From a virus (Duplodnaviria > Caudoviricetes): DNA of 53,948 nt. A program made the position numbers and the translations under genes. Of the stretch, positions 8,590 to 16,618 are shown piece by piece (positions within the stretch are counted from its first letter, which is position 1; each line of letters opens with the position of its first letter). The DNA lies in the IMG/VR virus record IMGVR_UViG_3300043408_000051, positions 1 to 53,948 of that record, one strand, 5' to 3'. Under the pieces are notes generated by a model that did no database searches, was not told the origin of the DNA, and saw only the letters and a list, made by a program, of their open reading frames with translations.

Positions 8590-9276
8590 TGTTATCAGAT
8601 AATTACTCAATGCCTTGCTGAATGATTTTGGTGGTTTCTGCTTCGTTCAAACCCCCATTTGGAAGGTCTTTTAGAGCCTGTGCTCGGTCACCAAAAATGG
8701 CTGAAAGCACCCCTCCTGACGACTGTCGTTCGGCTGTAATCCTAATGAACTCGCGGTTCTCTTCCAACTCTTTCATGCCCTTAACCAACTTAAAAAGACG
8801 GTCAATTTCTTGGGAAGTGTTGGGGTCAGGGTAGCCTCCATTTAACTCTTCCGCAAACCTTGAGAAGGCAACTCTAGCCCCTTGCATCTCTATAACGGCA
8901 TTTAATAGGGCTTTTAACTGTTCTTTTGTCTGAATTGCAACAGGCAGATTAAAGGCACAAGAGTTCTGTGGTTTGAAGGCTGGGCAGTTAGAAGCAACGA
9001 AACAAGTGTCGCATTGACGTAAAGAAGTGCCTGTGGTTTGGACTAATGGGACTTCTTTAAGAACGTCGTTCCCCTCGTCATCTGTGTCCACAATCGTCTT
9101 CATTTTGTAGCCAAAAACAGGGAGGCTTGTAACCTCTTGAGGGTCTCTTTCCACCAGTTTTTTAGGCTCTTCTACTTCAGAATCTTTCCGCATCTCCAAG
9201 TCACTGTTATCAGAAGGGTGACCCCATGTTTCCGCGAAAGTGCTAAGTAGGGGTGTCTCGCTGTTATCAGATAACA
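8590..9276. repeat. three copies of TGTTATCAGA, one being the perfect palindrome TGTTATC-A-GATAACA
   Basis: Copies start at 8590, 9205 and 9262 (palindrome 9262-9276). Confidence 0.6.
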
Positions 9277-10120
9277 AAGGGTCTTTTCCACCTTCAATTA
9301 TGTGAAGGTCAGGGCGTTTCTTATCCATAGATTTCTCCAACTGTTGGTATGACCAGACTGCAACCTTAGAGGATTCCACCCCATTGTTCTTTAAGAACTC
9401 ATCGTAGTCTAAATTAGCCTTGCTTATTACTGACGAGTAGCGTTTTCGTGCTTGGCTCATCATCTTCTTGGGATACCGAACAATCTTTGTTCCATCCCAA
9501 ATTATGGTTTCCCCATTCCTCATAGGAGATAGCCAAGACAGGGTTGTAGCGGTAGTGAACGGTATTTGACGAAGGTTATCAGGCTTGGCTGAGCCTAGGG
9601 CGTGGAACTTCGTACCATACTGGCTAGAAAGCCCTCTGGTAACCCCTGCAAGGCTCGTACAGGCTTCAATAGTGGCGTGGGGTATGGCGATATTTGAATA
9701 GCGTTTAGCCCATTCTCGCAGGACTGGAAGCCCGTAGGAGTCATGCCAAACAACCCACAATTTTGGGTCATGTTCAAAGGAAGCCCGCTCTTGGAGAATC
9801 CACTCTAGCCCTAGGGTCTGAGAATCTGCTTCAACAAACCCCAGAATAGAATCCAGGTTATTGGCGACAAACTCCTGGTATTCAGCCCCTAAAGAAGTTA
9901 ATTCCTCTTTAGAAAGCCCATCCCGTTCAGCCTGGGCAATGCCAGAATCTACCAAGATGTCTAGTGTTGGTAAGAAGTGCTCAGAAACCAACCACAGTTT
10001 CTTTTGAGGCAATCCACGCTTCTTTAAGGCGTAAAAAGAAAGTGCCATGCGGGTAACACCCATGGATTCCAGCAGTGTTCTGTTGCTGCCAACCTCTGTT
10101 CCCCCGTAAATAATCTTCAT
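8603..10120 (-). CDS. degenerate TGT/DpdA-like barrel fused to a 4-Cys cluster and helical C-terminal domain
   Basis: LVDSG, KFHALG and PFTTATTLSW..PMRNG (cf. DSG, HxxG, SxDSTSW..xRxG of TGT-fold proteins); CDTC-x5-C-x8-C. Confidence 0.5.
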   Translation of the reverse strand: MKIIYGGTEVGSNRTLLESMGVTRMALSFYALKKRGLPQKKLWLVSEHFLPTLDILVDSGIAQAERDGLSKEELTSLGAEYQEFVANNLDSILGFVEADSQTLGLEWILQERASFEHDPKLWVVWHDSYGLPVLREWAKRYSNIAIPHATIEACTSLAGVTRGLSSQYGTKFHALGSAKPDNLRQIPFTTATTLSWLSPMRNGETIIWDGTKIVRYPKKMMSQARKRYSSVISKANLDYDEFLKNNGVESSKVAVWSYQQLEKSMDKKRPDLHIIEGGKDPLLSDNSETPLLSTFAETWGHPSDNSDLEMRKDSEVEEPKKLVERDPQEVTSLPVFGYKMKTIVDTDDEGNDVLKEVPLVQTTGTSLRQCDTCFVASNCPAFKPQNSCAFNLPVAIQTKEQLKALLNAVIEMQGARVAFSRFAEELNGGYPDPNTSQEIDRLFKLVKGMKELEENREFIRITAERQSSGGVLSAIFGDRAQALKDLPNGGLNEAETTKIIQQGIE

Positions 10121-10134
10121 AGGCCCGCAGCCTC

Positions 10135-10614
10135 TTATTCAAATCTAAATAGGGAATCGTCTTTTGAGGCATCTAAAGAACGTTGGACATTTCTTTTGAC
10201 AATGACATCCTCAATATCGGCCCAAGGTTTCATTTTTACATCTGGGCGATTTGTTATCAACATAGTGTCAGGGTGAGCAAATAGCAGTGCTGGTAGACCA
10301 TTTTCAAATGACCAAGCGGCTAAAGAAGGTTCAGCAGTAATTAAAAGTTCGACCTGTTGTCTAGACCGTGCAACGGTTATCTGTCGTTTTGCTAGTTCAT
10401 CGCCAATCAGACTATAAGAGTTGTCTATGAGTTCATCGTAACCAACAAACCCATTGACCGCTAACCAATGCTCTGCATGTTCTTTTGACCAAGACGTAAA
10501 AATAGCAACTCGGCTATTTGTCTTTAGGGCATAGTAAAGCAACGCACCTGTTCTATTTGGGTTGTCTGAGTTATCCGAACTAAGTACGCCTTCTAGTGAT
10601 ACGAGTACGTTCAA
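10135..10614 (-). CDS. HAD-fold protein, degenerate motif I
   Basis: MNVLVSLEGVL in place of DxDGxL; VAIFTS motif II; WL..NGF..YDELI. Confidence 0.5.
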   Translation of the reverse strand: MNVLVSLEGVLSSDNSDNPNRTGALLYYALKTNSRVAIFTSWSKEHAEHWLAVNGFVGYDELIDNSYSLIGDELAKRQITVARSRQQVELLITAEPSLAAWSFENGLPALLFAHPDTMLITNRPDVKMKPWADIEDVIVKRNVQRSLDASKDDSLFRFE

Positions 10615-10615
10615 G

Positions 10616-11557
10616 TTATCTGCCTGTTCTATACATCGCTGCTCTACGAATTAATGTTTGTGTATCGGGAAGAGTTACACCATAGGTTTCTAGTTCTTCG
10701 GTCTCTTTAAAAGAATCTAGGTAATCTTTCATTACACGAAGAACAGCAACAGTTCCTAGTTTCTTTCCTGCTTGCCACCTATAGTTATAGAAGTCTCCAT
10801 AACCTTCTCCTGATTCAGAAAAGGCTTTCTTTCGACTGCTGTGAATGTCATCCCATAAAGCAGCAGCCTGTTCTAAAACAGTAATAAGTTGCATTTCTGC
10901 GTTTCTTCGAGAAGCAGGGTTAGTTGCTGCTTTCAATGTTGTAGTTGCGATTGAATAACGAGAAACTAATTCAACTGCTTTTTGTTTATCTCTAAGGGTT
11001 GCGTCTTCCCATGCTCTATTATCTTTTGGTTGTGCTTGTGGGTCAGGGTGCACAGTCCATTCATTGTGAGTTAAATCGTAAGCAGCATAGGGTTTGATAA
11101 CTCGAATATCTGTAGCACCAGGATTTACATAAAAAGTTACTTCGTAACCTTCCCAGTTTTTAGTATTAGGCATGAGTTTTGTACGGAAATCATCATTTAT
11201 CATTTTGCTAATTTCAGTATCAGACAACTGGGTGTATTCGGGATTACTGCGTCTAAACGTTAAGTAATCTACGCCAATTAATACATCTAAGTCTGCAGGT
11301 GAACGTTGAACTTTCCATTGATAAGAAACTCCTGACCCTGCTAACCAAGCGGTTGCCCAAGATTCTTGCGACCTATAGGTAGTGTCTAAACAACCTTTTA
11401 TCATTCGCAAAATACTATTACGAATCCAAGGCTTTACTGTTTGTCCTTGAAACAAAACAGGGTCTAACTCTTTTTCGGGGTTAGAAAAATACGAAGTGGT
11501 TGCCTCAGAAATGTTTACTGAGCCAACCACTCGCGTTAAAGCATCGTTGCGGTTCAT
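10616..11557 (-). CDS. Pol-beta superfamily nucleotidyltransferase
   Basis: hAGS...DLDVLIGVD signature; YEVTFYVN third acidic strand; AAYDL..NEW. Confidence 0.7.
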   Translation of the reverse strand: MNRNDALTRVVGSVNISEATTSYFSNPEKELDPVLFQGQTVKPWIRNSILRMIKGCLDTTYRSQESWATAWLAGSGVSYQWKVQRSPADLDVLIGVDYLTFRRSNPEYTQLSDTEISKMINDDFRTKLMPNTKNWEGYEVTFYVNPGATDIRVIKPYAAYDLTHNEWTVHPDPQAQPKDNRAWEDATLRDKQKAVELVSRYSIATTTLKAATNPASRRNAEMQLITVLEQAAALWDDIHSSRKKAFSESGEGYGDFYNYRWQAGKKLGTVAVLRVMKDYLDSFKETEELETYGVTLPDTQTLIRRAAMYRTGR

Positions 11558-11566
11558 GCTTTTATT

Positions 11567-11779
11567 TTACTCTTCATCGTCCTCAGTTACTGGCTTGAAG
11601 AAGTGTTTTTTCATAGGCACACGCCGTTCTTTATCTACAGCAGGGGCATCAATAAACCCACAAACTGTGTGAGCACTAGTAAACCTATGTGTAAGATGCC
11701 ATAGTTGTTCAGTCTCTTCTTTGTCTCCTGTAAGGCTTAAAGAAGCCCCACAAGCACAAGACAACTCAATGGCAACCAT
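11567..11779 (-). CDS. small Cys/His protein
   Basis: CACG...HxxC. Confidence 0.55.
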   Translation of the reverse strand: MVAIELSCACGASLSLTGDKEETEQLWHLTHRFTSAHTVCGFIDAPAVDKERRVPMKKHFFKPVTEDDEE

Positions 11780-11780
11780 G

Positions 11781-12122
11781 TTATTCCTCTACGATTTCTG
11801 CTTCTTCAGTTGTAAAGGAAACTGTTTGACCGTTACTTGCGTCAAACTCGACTCCGCGTTCTTTTAAGTTTTGAGCAATTCGCTCTTGGACTGTCATGTC
11901 ACGTTGCGCCATAGCGTTCATGACACCAGCAACTACGCGGTCTGCAAGTAAAGAAGCCTCAATATCAGAGACAATTTCTTTTGCGACTTTGTAAATGTCA
12001 AACGTAGATGCTTGACGGTCAGTAGTTACGTTTGCAGGTAACTCCTTATAAGTTTGGATATTTCCATCTTTTTCAACTCCTACAACAAAGTAAAAGTCTA
12101 GGTTTAAGCCGTTATTTTCCAT
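11781..12122 (-). CDS. hypothetical protein
   Basis: Tightly packed acidic ORF. Confidence 0.6.
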   Translation of the reverse strand: MENNGLNLDFYFVVGVEKDGNIQTYKELPANVTTDRQASTFDIYKVAKEIVSDIEASLLADRVVAGVMNAMAQRDMTVQERIAQNLKERGVEFDASNGQTVSFTTEEAEIVEE

Positions 12123-12123
12123 G

Positions 12124-12678
12124 TTAGTCATACATTCCCATCAGTTGTCGTTTACGTTGGACTACCTTAGCGTGGATTGGACAAAAATGACACAAGTAAT
12201 TTTTTGGTCCTGCCATGCTTGTGTCCAATCCTAACTCTTTTCTTTCCTTTTTTGTATTAGGCACAAGTTTCTTACTGTCAGTTTGATAATCAGGGCAACT
12301 ATCCTGTGGTCGGTTTCTGCTCTTCCAGCAGTTCATAGCGTCTTCACCAAATTGACTCTTGGTATCGTAGAAAGTAGAGTCAATCTCGTCAAGACCTTTA
12401 GAACCTCCGCCTTTAATTTGGCGAATCATGTCTTTACGAGCCTCTGTGTTAGCCCATGCTTTTACTGGGACTATAAAGAGCAATCCCTTGTGTTCTTCTC
12501 CAGACGGAAACTTATGTTTTTCACAAGCAATTTCTAAGAGGTAGTCTTGTTCTGGAGCACCTGTGTAAGGTGGAAGTTCTTCAATGCTGTTACACACTTT
12601 GCAGTGCAAAAGACGAATGACTGGACCAGAGTTATGGTCATCAGATTTACGAGAACCCAATAAAGGGATTTGGCCCAT
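12124..12678 (-). CDS. putative Zn-binding protein
   Basis: CKVC...H...H, C...C...CHFCP; AAGGAG RBS. Confidence 0.65.
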   Translation of the reverse strand: MGQIPLLGSRKSDDHNSGPVIRLLHCKVCNSIEELPPYTGAPEQDYLLEIACEKHKFPSGEEHKGLLFIVPVKAWANTEARKDMIRQIKGGGSKGLDEIDSTFYDTKSQFGEDAMNCWKSRNRPQDSCPDYQTDSKKLVPNTKKERKELGLDTSMAGPKNYLCHFCPIHAKVVQRKRQLMGMYD

Positions 12679-12717
12679 TTGATACTCCTTGTTTAGTGAA
12701 CGGTAGTCTACCGTTAA

Positions 12718-12906
12718 TTAATCTATTTTGACGCGACGCTTCCTACCACCAACGGTTGGAATTGGTTTTCTAATCTTTCCACCTTTTTTACTAGTGGGTT
12801 TTGCCCCACCACCTTCTTTACGGTCTTCGGTGAACTCAACTCTTACTTGCTTTGCTCCACCTTTACCTGCTTTGGCACCAATGCCACGAGGTCTTTTTTT
12901 AGGCAT
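12718..12906 (-). CDS. small highly basic protein
   Basis: 62 aa, K/R/G-rich. Confidence 0.55.
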   Translation of the reverse strand: MPKKRPRGIGAKAGKGGAKQVRVEFTEDRKEGGGAKPTSKKGGKIRKPIPTVGGRKRRVKID

Positions 12907-13113
12907 TTACTTACCAGGGTTTACCTTGTTTGGATGCTCAGTTGTTACGAAACCGTAGTTGAAGAAAGGATTTAGTGCTTGACGATTAGCCAAAGTTTCT
13001 TCTGCTCCTGCACCAGCGACTACTTCAGTATCAGGACGAGCCTTACGATACTTGCCATCTGTTGCACCAGCATCTAGTGAAGCGTTCATTGAACGTGATG
13101 AGTTAACTGCCAT
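12907..13113 (-). CDS. hypothetical protein
   Basis: 68 aa, packed between neighbours. Confidence 0.6.
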   Translation of the reverse strand: MAVNSSRSMNASLDAGATDGKYRKARPDTEVVAGAGAEETLANRQALNPFFNYGFVTTEHPNKVNPGK

Positions 13114-13115
13114 GA

Positions 13116-13451
13116 TTACTTACCTGCCTTTGGTAGATACTTTTTCTGTTGTCCACGTGCGTTCATCTTTGCGTCAGCCTTGCGATAAGCGGGACCGTCA
13201 TAACCCTTAACGTCTGCAGCATTATCAACTTTCTTTGCTGCCATTGAAAATCTATTTGCTCTAGGACTCCAGTCAGAAGTATTGTTCCTAACTTCTTCAC
13301 GCACAGCAGCACGCTCTGCTTTTCCAAACTCTCTTTGTCCAGGGCTAGTTGTAGTTGCTCTCAGTGTGCCTCGTTTTGCCATAGCAGAAATTTGTGCTTT
13401 GGTTGTTTCACTAGCAGCCTTCTTTGCCTTACGGCGGTCATTCCAATTCAT
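13116..13451 (-). CDS. basic hypothetical protein
   Basis: 111 aa, K/R/A-rich, ATGA coupling. Confidence 0.6.
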   Translation of the reverse strand: MNWNDRRKAKKAASETTKAQISAMAKRGTLRATTTSPGQREFGKAERAAVREEVRNNTSDWSPRANRFSMAAKKVDNAADVKGYDGPAYRKADAKMNARGQQKKYLPKAGK

Positions 13452-14050
13452 GAGTTGTTCCTTTCAGCACGAATTTTTCTCATTCTTTCCTGGTAGCCTG
13501 CTTGACTGTTCTCAATGTTACTCTCTGAAGAGTTCTTATAAATGCTAAGTCTGTCATCAATTGCTTTATGAGCCAGGGCTAAATGCTTTGAGGAGTCTGC
13601 TGTTGGGTTAGCAACCAAGGTTTTTGCGATTCCAAGAGACAAATGGATGTCTGGAGCACCTATGGCTAGGGTTGCATGGACCTGGTTAAAAGCCTCATGG
13701 TGTTCGTGGAAGGCTGGAGTTCCATGAGTTTCTTGCATACTCTTTAAATGCATTCGGGCTTGGTCTACTAAACCTTTGATAACAGGGTATGAACCTGCTG
13801 CACCTTTTGCTGGTGCTCCAACACCACGAACTGCTGAAACTCTTTGGACTGAGCCAACTTTTTGCTCAGGAACTCCCATTGTTTCTCTATCAGCAGTTGG
13901 TAAAGAAGTTCTACGAGCAGCGTCTCTTTCTTCTGCAGATGTAGCAACCATCTTTCCATCAGGACCTCGTTTAACTGTTGGGACAGCAATCTTTCCTGAC
14001 TTTAGTAGTGGCTTGCCACTCTTAGTTTTTGACCGTGGCTTTTGACTCAT
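13448..14050 (-). CDS. basic hypothetical protein
   Basis: 200 aa, ATGA coupling on both sides. Confidence 0.65.
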   Translation of the reverse strand: MSQKPRSKTKSGKPLLKSGKIAVPTVKRGPDGKMVATSAEERDAARRTSLPTADRETMGVPEQKVGSVQRVSAVRGVGAPAKGAAGSYPVIKGLVDQARMHLKSMQETHGTPAFHEHHEAFNQVHATLAIGAPDIHLSLGIAKTLVANPTADSSKHLALAHKAIDDRLSIYKNSSESNIENSQAGYQERMRKIRAERNNS

Positions 14051-14247
14051 GCCATTCTATCCTTCAAACGTTTAGCAGAATGTTGGGCAAAACATTGTGG
14101 GCACATACCCTTGCTATACATCATAGATACGGGGTCCATAATTACACCGCACTGTGGGCACGGAGCCGAACCGTTGTATTTAACAGAGTTATCCATAATT
14201 AGTTTTGCCTGCATTTCAACAGTAAAACCACCTGATTCCATGTCCAT
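14047..14247 (-). CDS. Zn-ribbon protein
   Basis: CPQCG...CPQC. Confidence 0.6.
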   Translation of the reverse strand: MDMESGGFTVEMQAKLIMDNSVKYNGSAPCPQCGVIMDPVSMMYSKGMCPQCFAQHSAKRLKDRMA

Positions 14248-14618
14248 TAATTATTCCCCAAACTATTTCTCATAGAACCTGAATACCCTGCGACTCCTCC
14301 TGAGTACCAACCAACTCTAGGCTCAACATAATTACGGTCAATAGTAACAATGTCATCAATACCTAAAGTTTTTCTGTTGTATCCATACTTGTCTGGAAAC
14401 AAACGAATTTGAGGAAGATTGGGTCTAACCATGGCTTGAATATCTGCACCTGGAACATTCATAACCATTAATGCTTGAGAAGTTAATCGTTCTTCATTAG
14501 ATGACCAAGGACCGCTATATTGCCAACGCTTTGCAATTTGGTCTGGCATAAACGGAGGACGTTGTGTCCAAGGTTTTGTGTGGTCGTAACGACCATCTGT
14601 ACCACTACCTCTAGCCAT
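14247..14618 (-). CDS. hypothetical protein
   Basis: 123-aa coupled ORF. Confidence 0.6.
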   Translation of the reverse strand: MARGSGTDGRYDHTKPWTQRPPFMPDQIAKRWQYSGPWSSNEERLTSQALMVMNVPGADIQAMVRPNLPQIRLFPDKYGYNRKTLGIDDIVTIDRNYVEPRVGWYSGGVAGYSGSMRNSLGNN

Positions 14619-15243
14619 TTGCCTGTCTTCCTTTTGGTTGAGTCCCCCATGTTACTGCTTGAACTTGATTAGCAATTGGTATACCTAACTCATGAGCAGC
14701 ATTTCTATAGGCTTCAGAGAAATGCTTGTATCTAGGTCCCGCTAAATGACCACTTAAAGTTTTTGTCATAGACCCTTTTTCCCCGACTGCAATATCGTGA
14801 GCATGACGGTCAATAGTTACTGGGAATGGGTCTTCAGGGTTTGCAATATTGTGGTAAAAATTCAATGTTTTTGCACCTGTTTTTTCATTAAATAAGGTGT
14901 CTGGGTCTTCACCCTCTAAAATTCTTTTGGCTTTAACAACCGTTGAAGAGTAATACTGGTGAGTTGTATCTCCTGTGTTTACTAGTTCTCTAGCAGCACG
15001 GATATTGCGATTCCATTCCATCGCAGGACTTAATGCTGACAAAATACCAGCACCTTTTTTAACATCGCCTTTGCCTAATTCAAAGGCTATGTCATTGGCT
15101 CTTTTATACCAATCTACACCTTCAGCACGTTGTTCTTTAGTGGCTGATTTAAAACGAGAAGTAATGTTGTCAACATTCTTTTGCATCAGTTGTTGAGACA
15201 TGATGGGGCTAAAAACAACCCGCTTTGCTAATTCTTCTGCCAT
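14611..15243 (-). CDS. HhH-GPD/DNA glycosylase-like phage protein (DUF7178-like)
   Basis: WY...ALSP..W..N, KT.NFY.NI, VTIDRHA, QVQAVTW. Confidence 0.55.
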   Translation of the reverse strand: MAEELAKRVVFSPIMSQQLMQKNVDNITSRFKSATKEQRAEGVDWYKRANDIAFELGKGDVKKGAGILSALSPAMEWNRNIRAARELVNTGDTTHQYYSSTVVKAKRILEGEDPDTLFNEKTGAKTLNFYHNIANPEDPFPVTIDRHAHDIAVGEKGSMTKTLSGHLAGPRYKHFSEAYRNAAHELGIPIANQVQAVTWGTQPKGRQANG

Positions 15244-15244
15244 G

Positions 15245-15775
15245 TTATCTCCAAGCAGGACGCATATTTAAAAGTTGAGAGGCTCTCTTTGGATTTAATT
15301 GTCCTGGTTGGTCAGCACGTAAGTTTGCTTTTCCGTCATTAACCAGATGCGGGGCAGGGGTCAGTTCAACCACAGGGCTATTTCGAGCCACCCGATATAC
15401 AACACTTCCGTTGGTATTATCCATTTTCGCATTCATTTGGCGCGATAATCCACGGGTCGGTTGTAACTCGGTAGGCCAGTAGTAACCACTTGGCTCAATG
15501 CGTTCACCTTTGTGAACACCTCGTTGGTACGCCTTCTTGTTAACATTATTCTTGACTGAATCAAGAAGTCTGTCATCTCGACGACGTGTAGTAAGTGTAC
15601 CTAAATATCCGTCAGGATACTCAGCAGACGGAACTCTTCCTACACCTAATCTTTGAAAATCTAAATTATCTCTAATTGCAGGTCCGCCATACCCACCTTG
15701 ATTGTTATAGCCATACAAACCACCTGCACCAAGTGATTGCCAATCTTGATTTGGTGACATATTGCTACCAGGCAT
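15245..15775 (-). CDS. hypothetical protein (possible virion protein)
   Basis: 176 aa, Gly/Arg-rich. Confidence 0.65.
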   Translation of the reverse strand: MPGSNMSPNQDWQSLGAGGLYGYNNQGGYGGPAIRDNLDFQRLGVGRVPSAEYPDGYLGTLTTRRRDDRLLDSVKNNVNKKAYQRGVHKGERIEPSGYYWPTELQPTRGLSRQMNAKMDNTNGSVVYRVARNSPVVELTPAPHLVNDGKANLRADQPGQLNPKRASQLLNMRPAWR

Positions 15776-16395
15776 TATTCACCTCTCATACGATTTGTGC
15801 GATTCTCATTTATAGTTCTTAAAACGCTTTCGTAATTAATTGGTTTCCCATTTAATGTTCCGCCAACTTTTTTCCAGTCTTTGTTAGCGTATTGATTGCG
15901 AGTAAAACTACCCTTACCGCCTGCCATATCTAAAGCACCTGGGCGATAGCGTGGGTCTGAATCATTTTTTCCTAAATCCGCAGTATGGAATAAAACATCT
16001 CCACCTGACTTTAAATGGTGTCCGCGACTAGAAACTCTGCTTCCAGGCAATGCATAAGCAGCCTGTTGCTTCTCGTTCTCACCCATTTTTTGAGAAGCAC
16101 TTGGAGTAGGAACTTGTACAGATAAATCTTGAGTGTAATGTCCTTCAGGATATTTCCAAGCACCATGCACTGCTGCTGCATTACCCTCAACTACAGGTTT
16201 ATTCTTTTCTTTAAAAGAAGTTATGTCTTCTTCTTTTGCAGGCAGGGGAAGAGTTTTTTCTGCCCCAGCAAAAGCAGTCATGAACCCCTTACCAGATACC
16301 TCAGTGCGGTCTTTAAAATTTAAAGAGGCTCCGCCTGTATTTGGGCTATTTAAGTGCTCAGCAAACTGAGCATCGCTAAGGGCTTTATTACTCAT
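15775..16395 (-). CDS. hypothetical protein, probably leaderless
   Basis: 206 aa, begins MSNKALSDAQF. Confidence 0.7.
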   Translation of the reverse strand: MSNKALSDAQFAEHLNSPNTGGASLNFKDRTEVSGKGFMTAFAGAEKTLPLPAKEEDITSFKEKNKPVVEGNAAAVHGAWKYPEGHYTQDLSVQVPTPSASQKMGENEKQQAAYALPGSRVSSRGHHLKSGGDVLFHTADLGKNDSDPRYRPGALDMAGGKGSFTRNQYANKDWKKVGGTLNGKPINYESVLRTINENRTNRMRGE

Positions 16396-16401
16396 ACCTA
16401 T

Positions 16402-16437
16402 ATGGTCTAAGATAAGACCACACTTGTCAGGATAAAG
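16402..16437 (-). promoter_or_regulatory. putative promoter CTTTAT-N24-GACCAT
   Basis: Same spacing as the sites at 19134, 39918 and 52345; 6 nt from the ATG at 16395. Confidence 0.45.
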
Positions 16438-16447
16438 GGGGTATTAA

Positions 16448-16618
16448 ATGGCACTAAAACACCACTGCGTTGTCGCTATTGTCAACGAAGTCCTGTATCA
16501 GGCTGTTTGTAATCCTGTCCGATGTGGTTGGAAAGGGTCAGTAACATCCGAAATTGACATGGCTAAATTTGAAATTGAAATCCATTACGTAGAGGTTTTA
16601 GAACTTAAAAATTCTTGA
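16448..16618 (+). CDS. small opposite-strand protein (56 aa, not in ORF track)
   Basis: AAGGGGGT RBS; MALKHHCVVAIVNEVLYQAVCNPVRCGWKG...HYVEVLELKNS*. Confidence 0.45.
   Translation: MALKHHCVVAIVNEVLYQAVCNPVRCGWKGSVTSEIDMAKFEIEIHYVEVLELKNS

Noticed and set aside
8464-8602. Possible cobalamin riboswitch upstream of nrdJ
   Set aside because: Short region, and I cannot identify a B12 box or the required stems; an Infernal scan would settle it
8603-10120. Calling this an active DpdA 7-deazaguanine insertion enzyme
   Set aside because: The catalytic Asp appears absent and no preQ0 pathway genes are in the window; kept only as a degenerate-fold hypothesis
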